A DNA stretch of 64,000 nt from a virus, in the UHGV virus genome UHGV-1370141; one strand, given 5' to 3'. The notes under the pieces were generated by a model that saw nothing but the letters and a program-made list of their open reading frames with translations, did no database searches and was not told the DNA's origin. Shown here piece by piece: positions 48,545-58,318 of this stretch (position 1 is the first letter of the stretch; every line of letters begins with the position of its first letter). Position numbers and translations under genes: made by a program.

Positions 48545-50383
48545 TCAGACAGGGCTGTAGTTACCGGAAGCGAATGACATGTTGTAGTCACTGCCGAAGG
48601 AGTTCGGGCCGTTACCAGACAGAGTGAAGTTTTCACCGCCGTTGTTGAAGAACAACGTATTAGCCAGGCTATTGACTGCGGTAACACCATTCACTTGGAA
48701 GATGCAGTTATCACGCACGTAGTCCAGCAGCGCTTTGGCGAATTTCGGGTTGATTGCCAAATCGGTGGACTCGCCAGTTACGACCGGCTGTTTGCTGCCG
48801 AACAGGGAAGCGGCCAGCTTCAGCAGGTACAAACGCTGTTCAGTCGCGTTGAACTGACGGTGTGAGTAAGATTGCGCGTACAGGTAAGTGTAGGCATCGT
48901 GTTGGTTATCACCAACTTTGCTCAGAACAGACACCAGGTCCTGATCCTGGAAGCTACGTTTCTGGCTGTTGCTGAAATACTGACCGGAAACAGTCGGTAC
49001 GCCAGCGATAACAACGTGGTTGCAGGTGATGGTATTAACTTTCAGCATTTCAGCGAAACGCTGCGTGAACACCGTAGCACCTTTCGGAGCCATGTTGTCC
49101 AGGATGGTCAGGATGTTAGACAGTGTACCAGTGTTACCCTGGGAAACTTCACTGAACATCGTGGAGAGACCACCGATACCGTTACCAGCACGATGGTTCA
49201 CAACCAGCGCAGCTTCTGGGTAGGCGAACATGTTCAGGCACTCTTCGATAGCTTCGCGGTTGCCATCGATTTTGCTCAGGTCCGGACGTTTGTCACCCCA
49301 CTCTACGTATTCCATAACGCGGGAGAAACGACGATCGGTTTTGTTGAGAGAGTGCATGAAGCGTTCACGCCAGCCACCGATAGCGGCGATTTCTGCAAAG
49401 GCGGCCAGTTCAATCAGCTGACGTTCGATTGGTACCATAGCCCCGGAAGACTGAGAGTCCATCAGAGAAACAACAACTTCTGCTTGCAGCTGTTTGTAAT
49501 CCTGTACGCCATTTTCAGGTGCACGGCGGCCAGTGTAACGCAGGTTGATGTAACCCACACCCGCAACGCTCGGATAACCCTGAACACGTTCAGAGGACAT
49601 CAGCGTCGGGTTAGTATCGAAGCTACCGGTCTGAGTGTGTTCAACCTGAACCATCAGGTCAGCACGTTGTGCAGAGCCGTTAACGTCAGTCAGAGAACCT
49701 TCGTCTACCGCAGTTACCTGTGCAACGAAGCGATCGCCACGAGTCAGTTTCAGCTGACCCAGGTAGCCCGGAATACGGCCAAAGATACCCAGAGTCAGCT
49801 GACCCATCAGCTGGATAGCCCACTCTTCGGTCAGCGTTTTACCCAGGTCTGGAATGCAGTTCATTACCATGAATTGCACAGACGACAGGTTCTGCTGTTC
49901 GCAGATTTGTTTGGTGATGGAATCCATTACGCCAGCCTGACCGAACAGAGATGCCAGGGTGTAATAAGTTTCTTTACCGTTGATTTCACGGAAGCGTACA
50001 GACTGACCGTGTTCGAAGAACAGGATACCGTACATCCAGTGGCTGCCGTTTTCATCTGCTGGCGCAGCAACGTATGCCGCAGAACCCATTTCTGGATTCA
50101 CACCATCGATAACACCGCAGCGGAATTTGCTCAGGTACGGGTTACGTTCAACCATCTTCGCAATCAGCGCGGTGAAATGTGAAGCGGCAGAAACGTAGGA
50201 CATATAGCCGAACGCTTTATCGAAAGTGGAGATATTCTTAGACATACCACCGAAAGCATTTGCTGCGTGGGTGTTATCCACACTGCCTGCACCAGCACCT
50301 ACACCACCAAAAGACGGAGCCGGGTCTACACCAGCAGCGCCAGCATTTACGTTGTTAGGAATTTCGTTAAACTCTTTAGCCAT
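48545..50383 (-). CDS. chmA: 612-aa protein with Gly/Ala/Ser-rich terminal extensions; chimallin-like nuclear-shell candidate (alternative: structural protein)
   Basis: flexible N- and C-terminal segments, strong RBS, own terminator, immediately upstream of the RNAP beta' gene; identity inferred from context only. Confidence 0.45.
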   Translation of the reverse strand: MAKEFNEIPNNVNAGAAGVDPAPSFGGVGAGAGSVDNTHAANAFGGMSKNISTFDKAFGYMSYVSAASHFTALIAKMVERNPYLSKFRCGVIDGVNPEMGSAAYVAAPADENGSHWMYGILFFEHGQSVRFREINGKETYYTLASLFGQAGVMDSITKQICEQQNLSSVQFMVMNCIPDLGKTLTEEWAIQLMGQLTLGIFGRIPGYLGQLKLTRGDRFVAQVTAVDEGSLTDVNGSAQRADLMVQVEHTQTGSFDTNPTLMSSERVQGYPSVAGVGYINLRYTGRRAPENGVQDYKQLQAEVVVSLMDSQSSGAMVPIERQLIELAAFAEIAAIGGWRERFMHSLNKTDRRFSRVMEYVEWGDKRPDLSKIDGNREAIEECLNMFAYPEAALVVNHRAGNGIGGLSTMFSEVSQGNTGTLSNILTILDNMAPKGATVFTQRFAEMLKVNTITCNHVVIAGVPTVSGQYFSNSQKRSFQDQDLVSVLSKVGDNQHDAYTYLYAQSYSHRQFNATEQRLYLLKLAASLFGSKQPVVTGESTDLAINPKFAKALLDYVRDNCIFQVNGVTAVNSLANTLFFNNGGENFTLSGNGPNSFGSDYNMSFASGNYSPV

Positions 50384-50430
50384 TTTATTTATCCTTTAAA
50401 GGTTTAATACAATTGTAGTGTTGGTTCACG

Positions 50431-50546
50431 TAGATAACATATACCTGAGATATTTTAGAATGCGTCTAGAACACACATAACTCAAAATAGTTAACCACCG
50501 AACCATCACATAGATAATATCATTCTCAGATATTTTTCAATGTGAG
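50431..50546 (+). promoter_or_regulatory. two tandem ~35-bp promoter-like direct repeats in a divergent intergenic region
   Basis: TAGATAACATATACCTGAGATATTTTAGAATGCG and TAGATAATATCATTCTCAGATATTTTTCAATGTGAG. Confidence 0.4.
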
Positions 50547-50589
50547 TAGAATGTGACCGTTTCCTATGTGTAACCCCAAGGAGTCAGTC

Positions 50590-51651
50590 ATGTTCAGTCA
50601 AGCCGAGTTAAACCAAGCAGTCATAAAGGGGCGCTACGAAGACCCTTCTGCTATACAATTGGTCAATGCCGTAAAAAATAATAACCAGCGCATTCGCAAC
50701 TATTTAGAATCGATTCAAACCAGCGTTGGTTCTGGTCATCTCGTCCTAAAAATCTTAGCAGCTATCGGCTATGCCGGTGAACCCACGTACGAAGAAATCG
50801 AATGGGCTTGTCGTCGAAAGCTGTCAGATATCGGCAACGCTCTACGCTTAACTTCTGTGGGGGAGTATGGTCAAGTTTTTAACGGCGCTTTTATAGAAGG
50901 TCAGGATGAAATCATCTCGTTAGTTGCGAGACCTGTCGATCCTAATCTTTCTTTCCGTGACTACACACCGGCGGTTTACCTTTATCACGAATACACGAAT
51001 CTTAACTGGACGCTCGGTAACGGAAAACCCCGAGGGATCAGCATTATCGAGATAAATCTGGTTGCACTACTGTGGCAATATGTTCTTGCTGAACAATACT
51101 ACCGAACACAACCAGAACCCATCACGCGCTTGGTATACGCGCAGCGACACATCATTTACAGGATGTTACCCAGTTACATGGATATCGCTTTATTAAATAT
51201 TCATCGTGCGATTGCCTTCGGTAAAGAGATAGAAGAAGAAAACCCGTTACGAGTTATTCCGACTCCGCCTCTACGCGATTTAGCAATCCGTCACGCGAAA
51301 GCGATTTCAAAATCGTTACGTGCTGGTAAACCTCTACCTGCGGTTGTCATGGCTCACATACCTCAGATTTTCGAAGACCCGAATAAACCGTCCACGGCGT
51401 TGGATCGAATTCTGTTTAAAGAACCCGGTTCGACAATTCAAGGCAGTTGGCATCGAAATATCGTCAACTGGTATTGGGCATTGTTCTGCCTGCAATACGA
51501 CAACACGAGCATGGGTAAATACAAATCTAATCTGATGGTAAGGATTGCCCGTTTCGAGGATGCAAAGATTCTGGAGAAACTTACACGTTCGGCAAGAAAC
51601 TACTACCGACACGAGTTAATTCTGCCATTATACAGTGCGCTCGAAAAATAA
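50590..51651 (+). CDS. hypothetical protein (~353 aa)
   Basis: start moved to second ATG, which has RBS AAGGAG 6 nt upstream. Confidence 0.6.
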   Translation: MFSQAELNQAVIKGRYEDPSAIQLVNAVKNNNQRIRNYLESIQTSVGSGHLVLKILAAIGYAGEPTYEEIEWACRRKLSDIGNALRLTSVGEYGQVFNGAFIEGQDEIISLVARPVDPNLSFRDYTPAVYLYHEYTNLNWTLGNGKPRGISIIEINLVALLWQYVLAEQYYRTQPEPITRLVYAQRHIIYRMLPSYMDIALLNIHRAIAFGKEIEEENPLRVIPTPPLRDLAIRHAKAISKSLRAGKPLPAVVMAHIPQIFEDPNKPSTALDRILFKEPGSTIQGSWHRNIVNWYWALFCLQYDNTSMGKYKSNLMVRIARFEDAKILEKLTRSARNYYRHELILPLYSALEK

Positions 51652-51773
51652 GACTTACTCTCCCCCGCTGAGGACTCTTTCGAATCCTCATATAATAGAG
51701 TAATAACGTTGCACAAGTGTGCAACGTTACCTCTTTATTTTATCGCAAAACGTTAGGGGCTAACGTTGAACGG

Positions 51774-54071
51774 TTACTCCTCATCGAATGTTTCTTCTTC
51801 ATCTTCCTCCTCATCATCCTCACCTGCCCTTTCTGATTTCTTGACATACTGTACTTCCGCAAGCTCTTTATACAATCCTTCGTCTTCAGCGGTTTTATCG
51901 TAGAAATCCGACAGTAAACGCATACGGTTTTTATCCATCATGAACACACCTAAGCATTCAAGGATGTGATAGTACGGTTCTACGGTGGAGAACGCCGTGC
52001 GACGAATGTCCGCAATTTCGATCAATTCTTTAGGAATACCGTAGTTCTCTACTAAGTGCTCTGGCAGAATCAACGTTTTGTATTTACGGAAATTGTTTTC
52101 CTCAAACCACGCGGTTGCACCGTTTCGGATAATCGGATCTTCGATGCTGTCCAACCACTCTTTAATCTTGGTTTTGTTTTCTAAAACCACCGGTAGTTTT
52201 ACAGCGTCGTAAGGCGGTTCTTCCAAATGGCCAAACTTCGGACCAAAGATGGCGTTGTACATTCGATGATAGTGATAGTTTTTCTCGTCCTTCTCGTTAT
52301 AAGCGCTACGTTCCTTAATGTTCGTTGTTTTCAGATAGCCCGGATTACCCGAACGAATGGAATCCATAATGGTGTGTTCAATCTGCGCAACCTTTTCCAG
52401 TAACGGAATGATTTCAATCTGGTCACCACGTGCGACGACTTCACACAGTCCTTTAATAGTATTCTTAAACTCCTTCATGATAATCGGTGGAATGTTCGAG
52501 GTACGTAAAGACACCCCTTTTACTTCCAGCTCGGGATCTTTTTTCAACTGACCTTCCTGACCGGTAATCAGTGAGAAGTAGTGTTTTGCTTTAGTCGTTA
52601 ATGCAAACGAATCGAACTTAAATTCGTTCTTCATCGCGTACAAGAACAGACGTTCTTTCGCTACACCGATATTCGCAGACATACTCGCCATCAGGTGACG
52701 GAGGTGTTGCGTTGCAATATAAATCATTGCATTGGATACACGAGTTGCTTCTTCACCGTAATGCTTACCAGTATACCAAACCGCCCACCATTGTGCAGTC
52801 ATCATTGTAGAGTCGGTATCTGAAACCACACCTACCCGACGAACCACATCCGGCATTCTTGCGATATTAATCGGTAAGTTTTTAGTGGTCAGGATATTGC
52901 GAATTAAAAGTGCGTACTTACCGATGGTTTTCTGTAAGAACAGTGCGGAACGAATCAGCTCCTTATAGTCGTCCTGCTGATCCCACGGTAATGGCTTTTT
53001 CTTATCGTCGAGTTTCTTAACGTGGCTGAACGCTTTGCCCATCGGCACCACGTCAGTACGGAACTGGGAGATGATGATCTGCATGTCACCATCAATGGTT
53101 TTTTCCGCAGCATCCCAGTCTTCGACTTCGTCAATCATCTCACGAGAAATCAACGCGGTAATAAAACCACGCATGAACTGATCGTTGTACTTCGCAAGAT
53201 GATAAAAATCACCCATGTAAACAAATGCCGCGCGAGTGAGCGGAGAAACATTTGATACATAGTGCTCAACAAACTCCATCCCCTCTTCGTTCTTGAAATA
53301 AAAGTCCGCAGAGTAATGAATCACGTCCATCACTTCTTCTACGGTCGGATAATGAAGCTCGTACGTATCCATACATTTCTTGAAGCTATTCCAATCGGTT
53401 AACGTGCCGATGGACAAGAAATGATCGATGATACGTGACGGTGTGTCGTAATGACGATTACCGCCTAATAAACGTTCGTTACCTGCGTTACCGAATGAGG
53501 TTGCAGTACGGCAGGTTGATGTTAAAACAGAGTGTGAAGACTGGTTAAAGATGATCGTGTACGGAGAAGAGAATGCGCCCGACATCCCGTTGTTCAGAGT
53601 CTTGACTGCGTTCTGTTCATTCTTTTTGTTAATCTGTAAAACTCTATTACCTGCTGCTTCGGCAGCAAACATCTCTTTTTTCACCGCTGCACGTTTAGCT
53701 ACGTTAGCGGCAGTGAATTCTGATAGCTTGGAACGTTTGATGTGTTCTGGGATATAAAACGTTAACGACGGTGCGGAGATAATCTGTTTATCGATTACGG
53801 TTTTAAACAGTTTATCAACAGTTGTGTATTTCTCTTCACGGTCTCCTGTTTTCTGATTACGCACCCACATCTTACACAGCGGTGATTCGGTTGATAACTC
53901 ACCGCCAGGTGCCAACATCTCGTCAACTTCTTTACGACATAATTCCAAAGGGTATTTTTGTGCGGTTACGTTGTGAATGTATAGCGCAACCTGTTCACGA
54001 TAAGCATCGTTAATATCGATATCACGATGGTACTCGTCTACCGATAAACGAAAAGGAGAATTGTATTCCAC
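51774..54071 (-). CDS. hypothetical large protein (765 aa) with DTDS motif and acidic C-terminus; polymerase-like?
   Basis: VVSDTDSTMM resembles family-B polymerase motif C and a K-H-Y lies ~60 aa later, but motifs A and B were not found. Confidence 0.6.
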   Translation of the reverse strand: MEYNSPFRLSVDEYHRDIDINDAYREQVALYIHNVTAQKYPLELCRKEVDEMLAPGGELSTESPLCKMWVRNQKTGDREEKYTTVDKLFKTVIDKQIISAPSLTFYIPEHIKRSKLSEFTAANVAKRAAVKKEMFAAEAAGNRVLQINKKNEQNAVKTLNNGMSGAFSSPYTIIFNQSSHSVLTSTCRTATSFGNAGNERLLGGNRHYDTPSRIIDHFLSIGTLTDWNSFKKCMDTYELHYPTVEEVMDVIHYSADFYFKNEEGMEFVEHYVSNVSPLTRAAFVYMGDFYHLAKYNDQFMRGFITALISREMIDEVEDWDAAEKTIDGDMQIIISQFRTDVVPMGKAFSHVKKLDDKKKPLPWDQQDDYKELIRSALFLQKTIGKYALLIRNILTTKNLPINIARMPDVVRRVGVVSDTDSTMMTAQWWAVWYTGKHYGEEATRVSNAMIYIATQHLRHLMASMSANIGVAKERLFLYAMKNEFKFDSFALTTKAKHYFSLITGQEGQLKKDPELEVKGVSLRTSNIPPIIMKEFKNTIKGLCEVVARGDQIEIIPLLEKVAQIEHTIMDSIRSGNPGYLKTTNIKERSAYNEKDEKNYHYHRMYNAIFGPKFGHLEEPPYDAVKLPVVLENKTKIKEWLDSIEDPIIRNGATAWFEENNFRKYKTLILPEHLVENYGIPKELIEIADIRRTAFSTVEPYYHILECLGVFMMDKNRMRLLSDFYDKTAEDEGLYKELAEVQYVKKSERAGEDDEEEDEEETFDEE

Positions 54072-54125
54072 GGCTGTCCCCGAAAAAGGCAGTTTAACTC
54101 GGCTATAAGGATGGCAGGTAACGTG

Positions 54126-54165
54126 AAAAAAGAAAAAAAAAATAAACCCTCTCCGAAGAGAGGGT
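54126..54165 (-). terminator. terminator hairpin
   Basis: long A-run then ACCCTCTC-CGAA-GAGAGGGT. Confidence 0.55.
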
Positions 54166-54172
54166 CTTAACT

Positions 54173-54586
54173 TTAACCGGCTTCGTTTTCAATGATTTCG
54201 ATTTCGACGTCATTGAATCCGCGTGCGTTGAGCGCTGCTACCAGATCGTCTTTTTCTTGTTTGTTGTCCAACTGAACCACAAACCGTGCAGTGAGGCTTT
54301 TCACCACACGAACTTCACGTACCCACGCATCCGCAGTGACGCCGATGCGGTTACTGGAGTCCTTAAACAACATGTAGTTGTACGCGGTCAAATCGTTAAC
54401 CGGTTGTCCAACCAAAGACGAGTAAATGTTTTTCTGGATAGCGGCTAAATCTTCACCTGAGTTTTTAGCGAGCTCATAACCCACCTTTGACGCGAGTACA
54501 CGGACTCGCGTTTCGTTACCACGTAACGGGGTATCGTAAACGATGTTTACAATTGAACCCGGTTCGATGTTACTGAAGTCGTACAT
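54173..54586 (-). CDS. hypothetical small protein (137 aa), operon member
   Basis: ORF track; last gene of nine-gene cluster. Confidence 0.55.
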   Translation of the reverse strand: MYDFSNIEPGSIVNIVYDTPLRGNETRVRVLASKVGYELAKNSGEDLAAIQKNIYSSLVGQPVNDLTAYNYMLFKDSSNRIGVTADAWVREVRVVKSLTARFVVQLDNKQEKDDLVAALNARGFNDVEIEIIENEAG

Positions 54587-54589
54587 TTT

Positions 54590-55192
54590 TCACCCTTTCA
54601 TTTTAATCAAGAATGTAAATGACAAGAACAAACTACCCTGACCATAACCCGGATTATAGACTTTAATAGCAAGTTCCAGTCCAGAGACTTTTCCCTTATG
54701 CGCTGTACGAAACAGTTCTAAAGCAGGTCGACATTTCTCGTCAAACATTCTGACCAGCTCCTCACGAAACGTCTCAACAGCGTGCTCACGAAGAACATCC
54801 CAAGAGGAATCGCCTTGCAATTTACAGAACTCGTAAATTTCCAAAAGTGGTTTCATGTCATCGAGAACTGCGTCTGTATAACAGGTCTCCATCATTGACA
54901 TGAAATTCCACTGTCGATATTCCTTATTCAACCCTTTTAGGTATTTATCGAGTTTGGCTAACTCATTCTTGTTACCAGGAAACTTAATCGTACCGGAACG
55001 CTCGTTCAAGCATTTGTTGAAAATGCGCGTGACGTCATCGGGATTTTCAATATCCGTAGGTAATGAAATCGTTAGCTGGTCAAACAAATTCATCGATTTT
55101 ATCAGTAACTCTTTATAGAAGTCACCGCCGGAAACATATTCCAGTAAACCTAAATTCGGCTGAACAAAGTGATCGCCACGCACTTTATACAT
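54590..55192 (-). CDS. hypothetical small protein (200 aa), operon member
   Basis: ORF track. Confidence 0.55.
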   Translation of the reverse strand: MYKVRGDHFVQPNLGLLEYVSGGDFYKELLIKSMNLFDQLTISLPTDIENPDDVTRIFNKCLNERSGTIKFPGNKNELAKLDKYLKGLNKEYRQWNFMSMMETCYTDAVLDDMKPLLEIYEFCKLQGDSSWDVLREHAVETFREELVRMFDEKCRPALELFRTAHKGKVSGLELAIKVYNPGYGQGSLFLSFTFLIKMKG

Positions 55193-55624
55193 TCAAACCT
55201 CTACTCGAATAAAACCTTTTCCCATCTCTTTCATAAACAAAGAGACTCTCGACCTTTTTGATCCTTCCTCTGCGGTATAGCCGCTTTCTCGCCACAAACT
55301 CTCCACCAACAAACGTATACGATGGTAGTCGATGCCTTTATCAATCTCTTCCCACATTAAAGAATGCGAAAAGATAATAACCTCATCTTCAGGATACATT
55401 TGTGACAACTGGGTGAGAATAAAATAGCGGTTGGGCGGGATGAACGTCAAAAACGTTTCACCCTCGCCCATCCGTTTAACGATAGAGCGTACCGATTCCT
55501 CAGCATACTTCGCCAGAAACAGATACGCCAAATCAGGTTTCACTTTACATTGATCCGCCATTTTAACTCGCGAAAGCAGTTGGTCCCGAAAGAACACTTC
55601 CGAAACTTCCATATAGAGTATCAT
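55193..55624 (-). CDS. hypothetical small protein (143 aa), operon member
   Basis: ORF track. Confidence 0.5.
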   Translation of the reverse strand: MILYMEVSEVFFRDQLLSRVKMADQCKVKPDLAYLFLAKYAEESVRSIVKRMGEGETFLTFIPPNRYFILTQLSQMYPEDEVIIFSHSLMWEEIDKGIDYHRIRLLVESLWRESGYTAEEGSKRSRVSLFMKEMGKGFIRVEV

Positions 55625-56069
55625 AACAGATAATCACCAATTCGCTAAAAGACTCACCTGACCAGTTTTCTAACTGACCTGGGAACATAGAGTTAATAAG
55701 TCCGGCTAACCCTGTTTGTGTTTCCAATTCACGAATGAGAATATCGGCAGCGGTTCCGATTGCGAGAATATGTTGGTCCTCAGTACCCTGCGTGGAAAGG
55801 AAGCTAATACTTTCTACCGTAGTACCTGGGATGGTATTCTCATCATACGCAACGGACATCACCATTTCTTTAAACAGTTCAGGATTACGGCTTTTCACAC
55901 CGATAATGTACGCAGTTGCAAAGTCCTCATAGAGTCGACGTATATCGTACTCTGATACGGACAACCTGCTTGTTTCGAGAACCTGCACTAAAACTTCGCG
56001 CACGGCGTCGTAGAACTTCAACCTGCCGTAATCAAGTACATGTTGTGCTACGTGAAAGTAGTATCTCAT
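55563..56069 (-). CDS. hypothetical small protein (168 aa), operon member
   Basis: ORF track. Confidence 0.5.
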   Translation of the reverse strand: MRYYFHVAQHVLDYGRLKFYDAVREVLVQVLETSRLSVSEYDIRRLYEDFATAYIIGVKSRNPELFKEMVMSVAYDENTIPGTTVESISFLSTQGTEDQHILAIGTAADILIRELETQTGLAGLINSMFPGQLENWSGESFSELVIICYDTLYGSFGSVLSGPTAFAS

Positions 56070-56578
56070 TAGAGCATCTTCCCTGCCAAGTTACCGAGCA
56101 ATAACTCAACAACGCTGAGGAGTCCAACCGACATCGTTTGAATAGCCTCAGGGTTCTCGAATTCGGGGTATTTTACCTGTTCGTAACGAACCAGAAACTC
56201 CACAGCACCAGGCTTATTGGTACAATAACGCGCACCTACCCATGTACCAAAACGGGTGAACCAATGCGGGTGACTAGAGACCGCGAGTAAGTACGCTTTG
56301 GCCACATCTTGAACGGCTTTCACATAAGTGAGCGCTCTTTCACCCTCAATGATATACCCCTGGGCATTTAACTCGCGAGAGATAAATTCAATGGTACCCT
56401 GTATCGCAAAACGATCCAGCTTAGGAAACTCCCCAGTTATTCCATACTGAATCGCATAGTTTAACACTTCGTTAAGATCGGTATTGATTTCTCGCAATAT
56501 CGAGTTGGGATCGAATTCGGTTAATGGACCACAAATGAATTGATAGTCCGGGATAATAAAGTAGCTCTCACGCACCAT
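56069..56578 (-). CDS. hypothetical small protein (169 aa), operon member
   Basis: ORF track. Confidence 0.5.
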   Translation of the reverse strand: MVRESYFIIPDYQFICGPLTEFDPNSILREINTDLNEVLNYAIQYGITGEFPKLDRFAIQGTIEFISRELNAQGYIIEGERALTYVKAVQDVAKAYLLAVSSHPHWFTRFGTWVGARYCTNKPGAVEFLVRYEQVKYPEFENPEAIQTMSVGLLSVVELLLGNLAGKML

Positions 56579-56972
56579 AAATCACTCCTGTAGTATACAT
56601 TCGCCATACACCACCACCTACATGAAACAGAAGAAAATCTGATTTCGGTAAGAATGGGACTTCTTCCTCTAAGCGTGCCCATAACGACTTAGAGGCTAAC
56701 AGCTCGGTTTCAATAACATGATTAAGGCAGTAACTGTTCGGTTTCTCCAACTCAACGATGGGATACCGCTTCATTATATCTAAGAACAACTCTTGAACTG
56801 TCCGCTTATCGATTTGGAACTTCCGTCGCATCACTTCCAGTCTTACTAACTGTTCGACATAATAGTCCACAGTATCCGCCACATCGAGGTACTGAAGAAA
56901 CGCTGTCCGTTTAACTACTTTTAGAATCTCTGCGGTTGTCCACGGAAACTCAATAAAGATCGTCATAGGCAT
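56568..56972 (-). CDS. hypothetical small protein (134 aa), operon member
   Basis: ORF track. Confidence 0.5.
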   Translation of the reverse strand: MPMTIFIEFPWTTAEILKVVKRTAFLQYLDVADTVDYYVEQLVRLEVMRRKFQIDKRTVQELFLDIMKRYPIVELEKPNSYCLNHVIETELLASKSLWARLEEEVPFLPKSDFLLFHVGGGVWRMYTTGVIYGA

Positions 56973-57384
56973 CAGTTACCTTCTTTGGAATAAATCGGAG
57001 GAAGTGTCCGTCTAAACGAAAGTAGAAACGCCAGCCGCGTGGAGGAATGCCCATTTCCTCGCACAACGCGTTTCGTACATAACTCGTTATCAAACGAACA
57101 TCTTCTTCCGTTGATTTCGGTCTAAACGACCTGACTATCGTGGTCACACAATGAGTATCCCATAAACCGGTCTCTGTAAAGTTCGGTATGAGATACTCAA
57201 GTAATGACAGAATCACGTACTTCAGTTGTTCCGCATCTGTACCAGAATACGACGACAACCTATCGTCCGCGAGTATGCGTTGGTACGCTTTATACGTCAC
57301 GTGTTCGAGTAGGGTGATTCGGATCGTATCTTTTTTCTGGGAAACAGTTGCGGTAGTGGACAAATCGGATATCTTCTCCAACAC
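56950..57384 (-). CDS. hypothetical small protein (144 aa), operon member
   Basis: ORF track; 5' end overlaps upstream gene, true start may be internal. Confidence 0.45.
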   Translation of the reverse strand: MLEKISDLSTTATVSQKKDTIRITLLEHVTYKAYQRILADDRLSSYSGTDAEQLKYVILSLLEYLIPNFTETGLWDTHCVTTIVRSFRPKSTEEDVRLITSYVRNALCEEMGIPPRGWRFYFRLDGHFLRFIPKKVTDAYDDLY

Positions 57385-57919
57385 GAAGCTCCATCATTGC
57401 AATCTGGCCACGTGGTGTTAAGTGGGGTTCTATCTCAACCGTAAGGTAAGGATTAAACGGTTGGTTTACCGCCTCGAACCCTTGCTTTACTAATTGCTCA
57501 ACCTCACACAACAACACATCGTAACAATCATCAAAAGCCAATCCCAATAGATACGACTTTGGACGTAAAACACAAACTTCACGCTGTTCAAACCCTACGG
57601 GTGTTTCGCCAAACACGGTCTGTTCAATACGTAACCGACGCGTTTGGATCGTTTTCGGTGGGCTCATTTTGCCACTGTTCACCAGAAGGTTCGTCAATAC
57701 AAAAGAATCTGTGTAGTCTTCTAAAAAGTCCGGTAATCGTGTATTAGGCATTCGCGGAATAGAATAAAAAATGTCCTCCAATGCAGTGTGTATCAGTTGT
57801 ACAGTAACGGCCTGTTTCTCCTTTACGGTCATCCGCAAAGCGGGAGCGTAGGTTGTTTCTTCCACCGCTGCCCAGAAGTTATGATAAACTGTAGCTGGAT
57901 TGAAGTGTATTTTGACCAC
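57290..57919 (-). CDS. hypothetical small protein, operon member
   Basis: ORF track; probable internal start near 57832 overlapping upstream stop. Confidence 0.45.
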   Translation of the reverse strand: MVKIHFNPATVYHNFWAAVEETTYAPALRMTVKEKQAVTVQLIHTALEDIFYSIPRMPNTRLPDFLEDYTDSFVLTNLLVNSGKMSPPKTIQTRRLRIEQTVFGETPVGFEQREVCVLRPKSYLLGLAFDDCYDVLLCEVEQLVKQGFEAVNQPFNPYLTVEIEPHLTPRGQIAMMELRVGEDIRFVHYRNCFPEKRYDPNHPTRTRDV

Positions 57920-58152
57920 GTTTGCACAACTCCGTTTTTGTAAGAAAATGGACTGGAATGGTCACGACCTAAAGCACCAATCATAAACCAAGCGTCCGAA
58001 CCAAAATATCTTTCTGCAATCTTTAAGCAATCGCTGGGTAGGTTGTGTATCCCAGGATAAATCAGTTCCTGCATCGCTGTTAGAATTTCCTCAGGACGAT
58101 AGCGAACTGAATGGCTAGAGTCTGGCAGAAAACCAAAAAGTACGCGCGACAT
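57829..58152 (-). CDS. hypothetical small protein (107 aa), first gene of operon
   Basis: start moved to MSRVLF ATG preceded by AAAGGAGTATTTAAAGTTA; the track's longer N-terminus would cover the promoter-like motif. Confidence 0.5.
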   Translation of the reverse strand: MSRVLFGFLPDSSHSVRYRPEEILTAMQELIYPGIHNLPSDCLKIAERYFGSDAWFMIGALGRDHSSPFSYKNGVVQTWSKYTSIQLQFIITSGQRWKKQPTLPLCG

Positions 58153-58185
58153 TAACTTTAAATACTCCTTTAAGGGAACATCACA

Positions 58186-58200
58186 GAGATAATATCTATA
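58186..58200 (-). promoter_or_regulatory. AT-rich promoter-like motif (class 2 variant)
   Basis: plus-strand GAGATAATATCTATA ~35 nt upstream of the corrected start. Confidence 0.4.
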
Positions 58201-58318
58201 CGAAAAAAGTTCGAGTATAGTGCGCACAGGAAGGGCATAGAGTGTATTTTTTAGTAGTGGTGTAGTTACCCATTACCCGATCCTATGAACCGTTTTACAG
58301 AGCTAACAGGAGCACACA

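Noticed and set aside
48872-50182. 436-aa plus-strand ORF
   Set aside because: Antisense to the 612-aa chimallin-like gene, which has the RBS, terminator and sensible composition.
57829-58227. Longer N-terminus for the first operon gene (track start 58227)
   Set aside because: The extension would cover the promoter-like motif and lacks an RBS; the internal ATG at 58152 has AAAGGAG upstream.
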